The notes below the pieces were generated by a model, which saw nothing but the letters and a program-made list of their open reading frames with translations, made no database searches and was not told the origin of the DNA. Below, piece by piece: positions 49,301 to 62,400 of a stretch of DNA of 64,000 nt (its first letter is position 1; each line of letters starts with the position of its first letter). Position numbers and translations under genes: made by a program. The DNA comes from Azolla caroliniana (Eukaryota > Plantae > Polypodiophyta), in assembly GCA_043228905.1 (NCBI GenBank), contig JBHGNT010000002.1, positions 24,118,001-24,182,000 of the forward strand, given 5' to 3'.

Positions 49301-52127
49301 CATTTCCCGTTCCAACGCTTCCTGTGCTTGCCGTAATTCCCGAATCGCATCTTTGTCTGGTTCGGCTTCGATGTCGTCCCGCTGCGGCAAGTATGCGGCT
49401 ACGGCTTCAGCTACGTCAATCTCGAAGAGTGGTACGATCTTCGGGTGTTCCTCCAAGTACTGGGCTTCTTCGTCATCTGCCAATCCTTCAAGCATGTTCA
49501 CACATTCCGCATACAGCGGTGTGCATTCCTTACCGTTGCTTGTCCGTGGTTGTGTCGGTACCCGGACCTTGGCTTTTCCGCGCCGGAAGGTAATCATATT
49601 TTTTCGCCAATTTTGCTTGATGTGTGCTGTTTTCAACCATGGTCTGCCCAGCAATAGTGGGTACGCGCCTTGCGCCTGTAGCTGCAGCACGACAGCCGAG
49701 ATGTGAAATGTGTGGCCTCCTATGGTGACTTCCAATTTCCGTATTAAGCCCGTCGGCCGTACAGAGCTCGTATCCGCCATCCGTAGCCAGAACGGGCATG
49801 GCTCCCATTCATGTATTCCCAAGGCATCACACGTACGGAGGCTTATTACGTTCACCCCGGAACCTCCATCGATTACGGTGCCGGGAAGTTCGTGCCCTTT
49901 GACAATAGCTGTAATCGCCGGACTACTAGCGTCCACCACCGTCGGTCCCTCCTCCGGATTCGAGAAGAGGACTGGTGCCGGTGGGGCTATACCGTGTGTC
50001 ATGACCGTTTTTAGTCCTTTTGTGAATCGCGGCACGAGCTGCAAGAGTCTTCCTAATGGTAACGTGATCTGACATTCTTGCAGTGCTTGCCATGTCTCGT
50101 TTTCTGGGTGGCTACCGTCGGCACTCCCTATGGTATTCGCCTTTTGCCGTTCCGCGTCCGCGACGTTCCTTTCATTGGCTTCCTTCACCCATTCCGTCAC
50201 CTGTTTTCGTATGGCCTCTTGTGTTTCCCATTCTTTGGCCATGCCTTTCGACCGTGTGGTTACTTGCTGTAAATCCGCCACTTCCGGAACCACCACATTA
50301 ACTGCTGGTCGTTTCTCGTAGCTCTTTACCGGGCACTGGTTACTGTAGTGGCCTTCCTGCCTGCAGTAGTAGCAGTACTCTTTACGGGTATTGCTGGATT
50401 CAGCATTGCTGGTAGCCGGAGTTGGTCCCGTAGTGAGTGGTGCGTTCTGTGCCAGTTGGCTCCTTGGGGTTCCCTGTTCCGGGTCCCTAGTGTGACCACC
50501 TTTCTTGAAATTACGTTTCTTATTATTCTTATTTTTATTTCGGTAGTCCGGTCGTGGTAGATCGTAAAATCGGCCGTAGTCCTCCTGGTGCCTTCGGTAA
50601 CCCGGGGAATGGTCTCTGTCATATTGCTCGTGTCGTCTGTTGGGCTCCCGATAACGGTCCGATCGCTCATACCGGTCGTAGTTATCACGCTGATTCCCGT
50701 ACCGGCCATCATTCTCTTGCCTGTCCCCGTACCGGACATCCTGTGCCGGTGGGTACCAGTTCATTCTTTGCCAACGATCGTCATCTTCGTCTCGGCTGCT
50801 TCTTGGCTCGATCCATCGGACGGGTGGTGCTTGTCGATTTAACAGGTTGTACTCGCACCGGTCCGTTGTATGACTCTTGGATTGACAAATCACACACTGA
50901 GTGCGCATGGTGCACTCTACTGCCGAGTGTCCGGCATTCAAGCAGATTGTGCATTGAATTGCCTGCCGGAACCGGAGATCTTCCTCGGTGGGTAACGCCC
51001 GTTGCAGTGTTCCCAGCGTAAGCCATGAGCTTGTCTTTTCCATTTCTCTGACCCGGTCAATGACCTGGTCGATGGTGCATCCTCGAAAGTCGATTACCGT
51101 ACACACCGTGCGTAACGGTTCCCGGAGTGCGTTTAAAAATATCCTCCGGGGGTGCACGGGCAAGCTGGCTATGCATTCGTTGGAAACGGATGATGAATTG
51201 GGGAATGCTTTCCCCTGCCTCCTGCCGGATCGTATAAAACAGGCCCACCATTGTCGTCTGGTAGACCTCCTTGTGGAAAAAATGCAAGAATTTTGCTTTT
51301 AATTCTGCAAAGGTTGTGATGGTCGCCGGGTCCTGCGTGCGCCGCCATCGTGTCGCCGGTCCCTCCAACGTGACTCCGAATTCCGCTATCTTCGAGCGTT
51401 CTTCTTCCTCCGGTGTCATTCGCTGGGACGTGTGATTTGCTTCCCATGTCTGCTCGAAGTCATGAACATGCGCTTCCGCGTCCGGGTCATCGCGATACTT
51501 TGAGTATTGGAACGGCATGTCGTCGTCCAGTATTAGGCCGCGGTTTAGTGGCGTTTGTTGATATCTTTCCGGTTCTTTTTCCGGTTCTTTTGCCGGTGCT
51601 TTTTCCGGTTCTTTTTCCGGCTCTTCTTCCGGTACCTTTGCCGGCTCTTTCGTTGGTGTTGGTGGCTTTGCTTCTTCCACTTCCGGTGTTGGTGGGTTGA
51701 CGGCTTCCGTTTGCGGTTCCGGATAGCCCTGGTTGAGCGGTTCCGGTTCTGGAGTCGGCACGATATCCGACCCGTCGTCTTCCGGGCCGCCGGGGGTATC
51801 GTTGCTGCTCCGGTAGTTCGTGTGCACGCTGTATCCCCCTTCGGAATCCGATTCGTAGGCTGAAAAGGCTTCTGCCTCGTTTTCTCCGCTTGCCAGCGCC
51901 TCCAGGAGGCGTTCGGTTTCTCGGAGACTACTTAGACTGCTTCCGTCGTCCTGGTCGCGAGTTTGCCGTAACCGGAGAGATTCCTCCGCGACTCTCCGGA
52001 TCTCGTTGGAGAACGAACGATCCGAGCGAATTTCCTGCGCTGCTTGCTGGAAAGTCTCACGCCGTCTTTGCCGTTCGGCGAGGCGTCGAGCTCGGTCTGT
52101 AACCAAGTCGTGCGTTGGTCTAGTCAT
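46301..52127 (-). pseudogene. gag-pol polyprotein (gag, PR, RT, RH, IN); frameshift ~51140, TAG at 47033
   Basis: CYYCRQEGHYSNQC, IDGGSGVN, RVCVDYRKLN, FLDGFSGYNQI, VFLDDF, VDASNIAIG, WGLDFVGP, YYP*ANG, RWTGPY. Confidence 0.93.
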
Positions 52128-52178
52128 CCATTACCATCGTTCGCTGCGAGAAAGCAGGAATCGTGGTCGCCAAAACTG

Positions 52179-52597
52179 TGTTATTCTCTAGCCGGACAAG
52201 GCCTAACACAAGGTGTCACGGAGACACTTCACCAAAGGGTGATTACGGCATAGGATTAAGATTCAACGATTACACCGACTTACATAGGTTACACGATTAG
52301 AATGCTTCGGTTAATTACACGCGTAAGATATAACAGTAATTACAGAACGGAAATCAAGACAGAAGTATAAACAACATAAGCTCTATTAATTATCCGCTGC
52401 GATTACAATGGGGTCCGGGCCTTTAAATAGGTTTCCGGCCCGTAGTACAAAACGGTGCCTCTCGCACCTATTCGGGATCCGTCCGGATCTGGAACGGCAT
52501 ACCGTTTCCAGTCCGTCCGTCCACACTATGCTCATTTACAACCATATCTAATTAATTCCTCCACTCCGTATTTTGGACTCCTTGCCGGCCGGTAACA
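52179..52597 (-). repeat. 5' LTR
   Basis: Matches 42745-43163. Confidence 0.95.
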
Positions 52598-53553
52598 CAG
52601 TGTGGGCAAAGGGGACAATCCATAGCTGAGTGGCTAGATTGCGTTCATGTCGTGCAATGCAAGGCCTACCGAAACTGAGCCTCTTCGTGAGGCGGCAAGG
52701 CATGTTGGAGTGGCTCACGGTGGGCTTACCACCGTACCGCGGGACAATGTGAATTCAATGATCTTGGAGATATCGACCTTCGCAGCGGTGAGACGCTACA
52801 TCGAATGGTTGGCTTGCCAAGTAAACACAAAAGAGCGGATGTGAGACTCCGCATCTAGATCATCCGTATAACAGGGATACGGCTACGGCATAGTGTCAAA
52901 GTCCGGGTCTTCTAGTAACACCAGAAAGGGGTTGAACTCGGCTTGGGTAACTTTGGGAGGGCTCAAAGGTGTGGCAAGGTCACAGCTTATGTGCGACTAT
53001 GTCAGAGGGTGCTATTTGAGAGTGGTGCAATTCCTGGGGCTCCGACAATGATTGTTGTGTGAGCAAGGAGTCAGCAGTTTCCTCGATTGGCTCGGCGTGG
53101 TGGGAAGGTATCCCTTTTGTCCCACAGATAACACTTGGCACGCTCGTGGGATAGTGCCTTCGCACATCGAACCCAAAACTCGCAAATAAATCGGAAACGA
53201 ACAGGCTGTGTTACAGTCATTTATCATCCAAAATGCCGAGGATGTCCTCGAGAGGTGGCTGTGTCGGTGCTTGAAGTGTCTCTTCTCTTGTACGCTCGGT
53301 GTTGTGCAACTTGGCTGGTGTTTCTAGCGGTTGGTTTTGGGTCTTTGTCATGGACTCCGAAATTGTTACCTTCCTCCTCCCCGTGGTATGGCTTTAGTCG
53401 AAATCCGTTCACCCATGCCTTTACGACTGCCCCTGCTAAGGTGCCGAGCTGAAATGTTCTGTTGAATTCATTGATAATCCGGAAGGCTCCCGTCCACCGA
53501 AAACAAAGTTTCAAGGGCTTCGAACCGACCCGAGCTTGTAACACGAGGACCGG
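52598..53553 (-). mobile_element. Older gypsy remnants: integrase tail, 3' UTR, tRNA-like tail, 25-bp LTR stub, gag 5' part
   Basis: 53109-53133 matches the LTR terminus at 14863-14887; 52600-53110 matches the gag remnants. Confidence 0.8.
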
Positions 53554-53980
53554 TGTCGCGTAGTTACGCGCGTGCGTGGAGAACGAGGCGGGACCACGGG
53601 GGCCTTGGACCGAGAAATAACCGAATGAGAAGAGGGGAAGGAAACTACCAATGTACTTCACACGCGCACAGACACACAGATTCACAGGACCAAGGAGTTA
53701 CAACCGGCAAGTCGGCGTGTGATAGGCTCCGACGCCTGCACACACACACACACACACACACACAGAACGCGAGATGGAGACTCTGCTGGAAGCACTCAGG
53801 CGTTCAACGGAGCAGAGTCAGCCTCCCGAAACCCTGCATAGAACGACTATGGAGAAGACAGAGGAGAAGAGCTCGGTTCCAGTCCGGCAGCACTTCGTCC
53901 TCCACAAAAACGCCCCCCTCTTTCCATACCTCTCCCTCTCCTTTAGAGCCTATGGAGAGAGGCCATTACCATCCGTCACA
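53554..53980 (-). mobile_element. Partial LTR of the Trp group, interrupted by copia
   Basis: TGTCGCGTAGTTACGCGCGTGCG resembles the reverse of 42070-42100; left flank CCGG; contains (CA)n. Confidence 0.75.
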
Positions 53981-55391
53981 TGTTGAGAATCAAGCTCAAC
54001 TTGGTCTAGTGTGTGAACTCACCTTGAGAGTGAATAGACACTCCAACGGTCAAGAGTCACCATTAAGTCACCTCCTTGTATTATAGCATTTAGTATGAGT
54101 CATAGAATCATATTCTATGACACATAAATGATGAGCTTTCACATTCCCCATGCTCCATGAACCTTGTACTTAATGAAGAGAGAGGGTGACTATATAAAGC
54201 ACCCTCCTCCCACCTTGTATTGCGTTGAGTCTTTCTCCTTTGTTAATATACTTTTAACCTTGCATATACTCTGTGTGTGTCTCTCTCTCTCTCTATCTCA
54301 CACACACACACACTTCACACCTATTCCGCTTCACAAGAATCCATCTCTTGATTCTTTACATGGTATCAGAGTGATTTGGTAGCTCGATCTAGCCCATTCG
54401 CCTCATCGTGATCGTGTGTTGTGCTCCACGCCGACGACCAAGAACTGGCTCATCGCTATCGTAGCTTCGACACATAGCACGCATTCGAAGAGAGAAGAAG
54501 AAGAAGAAGAACCGACATAATTAATACTCAAATGGGGACCGCTCTCCCTACTGAGAAGTTGGATCGAAACAACTTCGCATCTTGGGAGTACAAGATGCAC
54601 CAATACCTTGTCGGACAAGGCTATTGGAGCTACATCAAAGGAGCACATGAAGACTGACCCGTCGAAGCGGCTCCCGGATACGCGACATGGGAGCAAGCCG
54701 CAAGCTGCGTGATGTATTGTTTGGCGACATGTGTTCACGACCACATGCTCGGTTACATTCGAGAAGCGGAGACGCCGAAGGAAGCGTGGGAAAATCTACG
54801 AAAGATTTTCGCCGCCAACACGACCGTGAGGAACCTTCAACTCTGCCAAGAGTTGAACAACATTCAACAAAGGGACATGTCCATCACGACATACACCTCA
54901 AAGATCAAGGAGCTTTGCGATTCGCTCGGCTCAATAAGCGTAAATATCGATGATGATGAGATGGTTCAAATATGCCTCGGCGGCCTCGCACCACGGTTTA
55001 GCGCGATGCGAACCGTCGTTCTAGCACGGGAGAAATCTCCCTCCTTCTTCGAGCTCCAATCAATGCTATTGGTCGAAGAAAACCACGTGTGTACAATGAG
55101 CAATGAGTCTGAAGGCCACATGCTCTACACGCAATCGAACGGAGGAAGAGGACGCGGACGAGCGAGAGGCCGATTCGGCCAAGGACAAGGCGGACGAGGT
55201 CCGACCTACGACAACAACTCCCAATTTCGGCCGCAAAACGGAAGCCAACGAGGAACCTTTGCAAGAAGGGGGAGCTTCCATTCCGGCCCGAGCCGCCAAA
55301 ACGCAACCGAATGTGGATATTGCGGAAAGCTCGGCCACCACGAAGAAGATGCGTGAATCGACTTCCACAAGCCGACAACTCACGAATTACG

Positions 55392-55528
55392 CGCACAATT
55401 CCGACTACGAAGATCGTGGCGGAATGTATGCACACAACTCCGACTGTGGCAGAATGTACAGGCACAACTCCGACTACGAAGATCGTAGCGGAATGTATGC
55501 ACACAACTTCGACCGTGGCGGAATGTTC
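55392..55528 (+). repeat. In-frame 39/30-nt tandem repeats in copia gag-PR linker
   Basis: (G)CACAA(T/C)TCCGAC...CGTGGCGGAATGT four times (AHNSDYEDRGGMY-type units). Confidence 0.85.
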
Positions 55529-56066
55529 ATGATGAAACATAGAGCAAACTCTATGTCGACCGCTACCTCAAGTAGTGCCTCCAGTTCGGAGGACGTATGG
55601 TTTGTTGAATCCAGAGCCTCAAACCATATAAAAATCCCATAAAGAATGGTTTCTCGAACTTCGAGAGCCGGAGCGACCCGGCTATGTCGAAACCGGAGAT
55701 AACACTACGCACCCGATCCGGTGTTGTGTGGTTTTTCACACACGATATGAAAACTAGTAAAATAATTATTTACGATTAGCTTAATATATGGATATGGAAA
55801 GATAGATGTGTTCAAGAGCTTCATAGCGTATTTTACTACCCATAAAACGGATAAACAAGTATCAAATTATGTGAGTGTGAAGTTTGAAGAAAAGAAAAGA
55901 AAAGACAAAACTTTGAGATATCCCACATAGATAGGACAACATTGGAACCTAGAATATATAAGGGAAACCAAAACATATTCATTTTATCAATGTGTGGAGC
56001 ATAGAATGTTCAAGGTGACTTGGGCTACATTATGTGGTGTGCACGCTTCGAGCGTACGTGCGTGTG

Positions 56067-56580
56067 CATGGCCGCGTCGACGTTTTCGAACGTACGCACG
56101 CATGGACATATTCAGATGTACGCGCGTGTGCAAGTTTCGGGCGTACGCGTGGACGTTTCAGAGGGACGCGTATGTGCGGACGAGTGCGCGGATGCGTGTG
56201 TGCGCACGCGCGCATGCGTGCACTACGGCGCGGTCGAGACTTTTGCGCATGGCCGCGTCGACGTTTTCGGACGTACGCATGCATGGACGTATTCGGATGT
56301 ATGCGCGTGTGCAAGTTTCTGGCGTACACGTGGACGTTTCAGACGGACGCGTATGTGCGGACGAGTGCGCGGATGCGTGTGTGCGCACGCGCGCATGCGT
56401 GCACTACGGCGCGGTCGAGACTCCTGCGCGTGGATGCGTACACGGTGCGGGTTGGACGCGCGCGCGTGTGGATGCGTACACTACGGCGCAGTCGGGACGC
56501 GCGCGTGCATGGATGCATACACTACTATGCGGTTGGGACTTTTGTGCGCGGACGCGTCTACGGTTTGGTTACGACGCACG
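56067..56580 (+). repeat. CpG-dense 181-bp tandem repeat and sub-repeats inside the 5' LTR
   Basis: CATGGCCGCGTCGACGTTTTCG at 56067 and 56248; long alternating purine-pyrimidine runs. Confidence 0.88.
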
Positions 56581-59356
56581 TACGGATTGTGCACGGGCTA
56601 AACTTTATGGATGATTGTGTCATTTGGTCGAATTATACGGACAATCGCATGCAACCAAAAGCCAAGGCCATGCAACTAAAAATAGAGGCCATCCAACTAA
56701 AAGTGGGCATGAAAAGTAACATTGGGGAGAAGGATCAACGAGGAGCTCGATATATGTCCCATTTTTTCCCTCCTAGTTTTTATTTTTTTCCTTCTTTCTT
56801 CTTCCCTCTCGGATTCGAGAAACAAATTATCTCACATATTGATATCAAACTCCTAGCTTTGTTTACTAGATCTTTCTGGTCAAAAATTATCTCTCGTATT
56901 CATATCGGACCACTCCTTGCATGGTTGTTGGCTCCTTTCTTTGGAAAATTAATCTCTCATTTCCATACCCAACCCATTGTAACACGATATTGAAATTATA
57001 AAGAATCGATTTTCTTTTGCAATAAACTAATGATTTGGCTCTCCCACTTGTCTTATGCTTAAAACTTGCTTTTGTTGTACATGTTGCTCTAAATCCTTCT
57101 AGTCCAGAACACCGGCGGTTCCGTCTCACGATCCGCACATAGTGACGGATTTTCACGACATAATTAAGTGGTGAACCCGACATGAAAGAGGCGGTAGGAA
57201 GGATATCAAGTGCAACAATGGCTTCAACAAGCGGAACTCAAGGAGAGGAGTTAACAAAAGGTATGGTGTCCGTAGTGGAATACATGCTGAAGGTGAGAGA
57301 TCGAGAAGCTTTAATCGACAAAATTGTTGATCGTACGATTGAGATAGCTGGACGATTTGGTGGCAAGAACATCATGGATTTTCTTGCTACCTATCGGAAC
57401 GAGATGCAACAAAGGGACGTCAACGATCTCAAACAAATTTCTAGCTTCAAACGTGTGGTGGAACCGCGGATCCACGAGCGCATCATGGAGATCCAAAGCG
57501 AGCATGCAACTTGGGCCGAGTTCGAAAAGGCGCTTCTCGCCGAATACATGCTTGAAGACACATCGCGGATGACTTGACATACGCTAATGTCTTGGATCGA
57601 GAAGAAAGGGAAGAATATGTGTGCATCTGGAGTATATGCCGAATTCGACCAGAAGTATAACCGACTTCCGAGTGTTGATCAACGAGTTCTCGATGGAGAT
57701 AAAGTCCTACTATTCCTGAAGGCAGTGGATGCGAAAGATCGGCGTGAATTGGGTAACTTTTTGGAGGATGCAACACAACCAAATGGCTTGGTAGCGGACT
57801 GGGCGGCGGTGAAGAAGGCTTGTAGCCGTCTTGATAAGCGTTGACAATGGCAAGAGGAAACTGATATGGAGAATCCACAGTTGTGGAGGAGGAAGGCACC
57901 TATAACGATTGAGTCTAACAAGCCGATCAACAATTTCGACAAGAAAGCGATGGAGGAATCTATAATCGAAGAGCTCTCCAAGAAGTTTGAAGCGGTATCG
58001 CTGGCCAACTTAGGTCGACGCGGGCCGAAGGGAAAAGAAGCGTATAGATGTGTGTAGTGCGATAGTTTCAAACACTCGCGAAGGGAGTGCACTGACTTGC
58101 AAGACACGATTCGCAAGAATGTCGTCTATTTGGACGGCAACATGATCCACTCGAGTGAGACCCGAAAGCCACTACGAGTGAACTTCGGAAGAGGCGGGCT
58201 GAAAAAGATCGTGGAAGAGGAAGATGCAAGGCATGTGGAAGCCATGCACTACGCCGCATCGGCAGGAATACGAGTCGGAAGAGAGAATCTAAAGACGATC
58301 AAGCCGGGAGTTGGGTTTTGGCCAATGGTATTCGAGTGTGAAAAGAAAGGAAAAATAGATTTGGAGGATCTCAAACATGTTGATCGGAATGTGCGACGAG
58401 TAACCGGATGGTCTGATCCAGTCGACGATAACACAAGCTTTACGGAGGTTGTGTGTGACAACTATGAGGCTCTTATCAAAGAGAAGAGGAAAAAAACCGG
58501 TGAAGAAGATGGCACCTCAAAGCATCACAATACAAGGAATGCAGGGAAAGAAGGACAATCCCAACCTATGCCACGAAAAGAGATAGGAGAAACAAGCATG
58601 AAGCTCGGTGGATCGAGCCAACCTTCTCAGATGGAAGTCGATGAATCTGTGAAGAAAGGAAAGGAACGAGTGGCGCCGACTTACAAGCTAAGGTCGGACA
58701 TAGAACAAACAACCAACTTGCAGAAGGTCCTTGAGGAGAAGGTTTTAGACAGTCATGTCGACCTTATTTTGAGAGAGCTACTTGGGATCGCTAAGAAGGA
58801 GTTCCACGATACTATCGTGGACTTGATTAAGTGGAACAAGTGCCATAACCATGGCAAGATCCGAAGAGGAGGAGGAAGAAGAAGCGATGGCGGACAACCA
58901 TTACTCTCGGCCTCATTGGGCAAGAGAGACAATGGAGACGCCGGTGAAGATCGGAGAGAAGGAGACCGTGGTAGCCTTGATTGACCATGGTTCAGAGATC
59001 AACCTCATGTCGACTGAATTCTACAAGAAAGGAAGATGGTCGATCAACACAAACCACGGATGGAAGATACGAGCGGCAACGAAGGTCACGAAAGACTTGT
59101 ACGGAGCTTGCCCCAATGTTAAAGTCACAATCGGAGATGTGGAGATGGATCAACACTTCTTCGTGCAAGACTCGGCTTCACATCCCGTCATCCTAGGACA
59201 ACCATATATCACGTCGTCCCGGATGGAGACTAAGGTGTTCGATAATGGAGCGGCCTTCGCGCGAGTCAAGAGCCTTGACAATCAAAGATCTATTCAATTC
59301 CTTACGGTGCGGGCTAATCACGAAAGGAACCGAGATAGCCTTGGAGGCGAGTCCTC

Positions 59357-59421
59357 GGATTTTTAGAGCGGACTATTGAAGCGTAGGGCACAAATAGTCT
59401 GAGCAATCATAAGTCCCCACG
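59357..59421 (+). promoter_or_regulatory. Predicted -1 ribosomal frameshift signal (G GAU UUU + H-type pseudoknot)
   Basis: Conserved at 3494-3559 (-) and 34285-34351 (-); pol is in the -1 frame. Confidence 0.75.
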
Positions 59422-62400
59422 AGGAAGTGAAATAAGTGGATCGCAAGGAGAAGCAACATGTGTGACACCTAGTGGCGCATGTAAACTAACACTACTCAAC
59501 AAGAAGGACAAGCGTCAGATACAAGACTTCGAGAAGATGATGAAAGAAGAAAGCATAATCGAAGAAGAAGAATTCGTGTCTCATATTCTAGAGGAAGCCT
59601 CATTTAACGACACCATCGGTGAAATCGAGGAAGTCGTGGAATTGAGCTACCCTCACGATCAAAATGTGATTTCGGTTAACTCCGTTAACATGTACGCTAT
59701 CATCGATGAATATCATCGAGGCATCTTGATGGAGGAAGCTGAAGTCAACACAAAATATAAAACGGTGGATAAGAAGATCAAGCCAGTTGAGGATCCGCTA
59801 CCGGAAGATAGCTGGCAGAAGATGAAAGAAGTTGCCAATGATCCGAGCTTAAGGGATCCAAAGGCAATAGGTCATGTCTTCACCAAAGAGACGAAAGGAA
59901 AGCTACAAGTTGGAAGGGAAGATTTCCTTCTCCCCGAAGAGGAGAGAATGTTCCGCGGAATGCTTGAGAGACATGGGAAAGCCTTTGCCTTCTCTCCACA
60001 AGAGATCGGATGTGCCGACCCGAAGATGATAGAGCCGATGGGGATTTTTACGGTGCCGCATGTACCTTGGAACCTCAAGCCGATACCTGTTCCAAGAGCT
60101 CACATTCCAAAGTTGATTGAGCTTCTAAAGGAAAAGGTTACGATGGGAATTCTTGAGCCATCCAATGCTCCCTACTCTAATAGATGGTTTACGGTGCTGA
60201 AGAAGAACGGGTCCTTACGCTTTATACAAGATCTCCAACCCGTCAACAAGGTGACGATCCAAAATGCCAGAATTGGTCCAAGCGTGGATGAATTTGCCAA
60301 AACCTTCACGGGAAGATCGATCTATTCCATTGGTGATCTCTACTCGGGTTATGATCAATTTCAATTGTCCGTCGATAGTAGAGATATAACGACAATGAGG
60401 ACGCCGATCGGGTTGGTAAGGATGTGCACCTTACCCCAAGGTGCGACAAATTCCGTAGTCCACATGGTGAATGCCATGAACAAAGTGTTGAGGGATTGTA
60501 TCCCTGATATCACAATGCCCTTCTTAGACGACATTCCAATCAAAGGATGCTTGGTGGAAGAAAAAGGATGCTTGGTGGAAGATTCGTCATCGATCATATA
60601 AAGGATAGCGAGAAGGTGTTGCAAAAACTTGAGGATGCGAATCTCACGTTTTCGGGAGAGAAGTCTGCATTCGGTCAACCAGAAATATTGGTAGTAGGAC
60701 ACTTATGTGGGTCTTATGGCCGGAAGCCATCTCCATCCAAGGTGAATGCTATTCAAGAGATGAAAGAAGAATGTGTGTCTCAAACGGAGGTGCGAAGATT
60801 CTTGGGAGCATGTGCATTCTATCACATATGGATTCCACATTATGCCCATATCGCTGAACCATTGTATGGACTATTAAAGAAAAGGAAGAAGTTCGAATGG
60901 GAAGATGAGCATACCTAGGCGATTCGAAAGCTAAAGAAACTATTATTGGAAGCTCCAGCACTGCGCAAAGCCGACTACACCATGGTACCCCGATATATGT
61001 GACGGTGGATACGAGCCCAACCGGAATTGGATGGGTGATAAACCAAGAAGACAAAGAAAAGAATCGGTATGCAATCCGATTCGGTGCGAAGGTGTTAACC
61101 GAAAGACAAAGGAAGTATGCTCAAGTAAAGAGAGAGCTATGGGGAATAGTATCCGCGGTTAAAACCGACCGTGACTACCTTATAGGAACAGAGGTCATAA
61201 TCGAAACCGACTGTCTACCTATTCTCGGAATGATATCCGGTTGTGCTACATCGGATATTGCTATGCTACGATGGATTGCCTATATCAAGTCCCTCAACCC
61301 CGAGATTCGGCATATAAATGGGAAGCATAATGTGGTGGCCGATATGTTGTCAAGGGCAAGGTATCAGGGTGAAGAAGATTTGCACTCCGACGAAGAGGAT
61401 GTTGGCCTAAACTTCTTTACGGTTTCTTGTGCTTGGGTGCTAACAGTGTTCAAAGAAGAAGATTATGAGGGTGAATTCATCGAAATTGGCAAATACTTAA
61501 CCTCTCTTACAAAAGATGAATCATCGTCAAAGGAAGACTTCTACCGAATTAGGAAGAAGGCCTACAAGTTCTTCCTCAAAGAAGGACATCTATGGAAGTT
61601 TCCGAAGAAGAAGAATGGAACTCCACTTCGAGTGGTGTGCAAGAAACAGGATCAACAAACACTAATTGCTGAATTTCATGATAGTGTGTGGGGCAGGTCA
61701 TCATGGTATATGGGCAACATTTGCAAAGCTCAAGGAGAAGTATTGGTGGTCGGGTGTTTACAAAGATGTAGCAAGCTATGTTGAAACATGTGAGCAATGC
61801 CAATTATACTCGAATATTCAACATAGGGATGAACTTCATCCAACATATCCATTATCAATGCACTATAAGTGGTTGGTAGATATAGTGGTTATGCCAATGG
61901 GATTGGGGCAAATGAAATATCTCGTGCTATCAAGAGAGGATCTCACCAACCAAGTAGAAGGACGGGCACTAAGGAATAAAACAACTTCGGCAGTTTGTAG
62001 GTTTCTCCTTGAAGATGTTATTTGTCGATACGGATGTGTCGGCAAAATAGTGGCCGATAGAGGAGAATTAGATGCGAATGAAGCTAAAGAGTTCTTTTCA
62101 AGAATAGGCGTCAAATTATCGCTCACCATGGCATACAACCCGGACGCAAATGGGAAGGTAGAACGAGGACATAGTCCAATTGTAAAAGCTTTAGCAAAGT
62201 CTTGCGATGGCAAAATGGGAAATTGGCCACGATTACTACCTTATGCATTGTGGGCAGATAGAACTACACATAGCACGACTACGGGATATATGCCCGCCGA
62301 ACTCATATTAGGACAAAAACCAATAATGCCTATTAAGCAAAGTGTTGCTTCATGGACGTCTTTGCCATTGCAAGAGGAAATGAGTCAGGAAGACTTGCTA

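Larger units (their letters stand above)
42745..52597 (-). mobile_element. Young full-length non-chromovirus Ty3/gypsy (Phygy/Selgy/Athila-like), 9853 bp, TSD CAGTG
   Basis: 419-bp LTRs with one mismatch seen; CAGTG at 42740-42744 and 52598-52602; PBS TGGCGACCAC (tRNA-Arg UCG-type) at 52163-52172. Confidence 0.96.

Noticed and set aside
51130-51165. Programmed frameshift in gag of the young element
   Set aside because: The related gag has ~5 more codons here and the site is mid-capsid; a deletion is the simpler explanation.
42743-52599. 423-bp LTR definition (TGTGTTA...TAACACA)
   Set aside because: Gives no TSD; the 419-bp definition gives a perfect CAGTG duplication.
56067-56580. CRISPR-like repeat appearance
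   Set aside because: Contiguous tandem units without unique spacers, inside a eukaryotic LTR; no cas genes.
55994-56993. 200-319 aa Arg/Cys/Ala-rich ORFs
   Set aside because: Translations of the stop-poor LTR tandem array in several frames; not coding.
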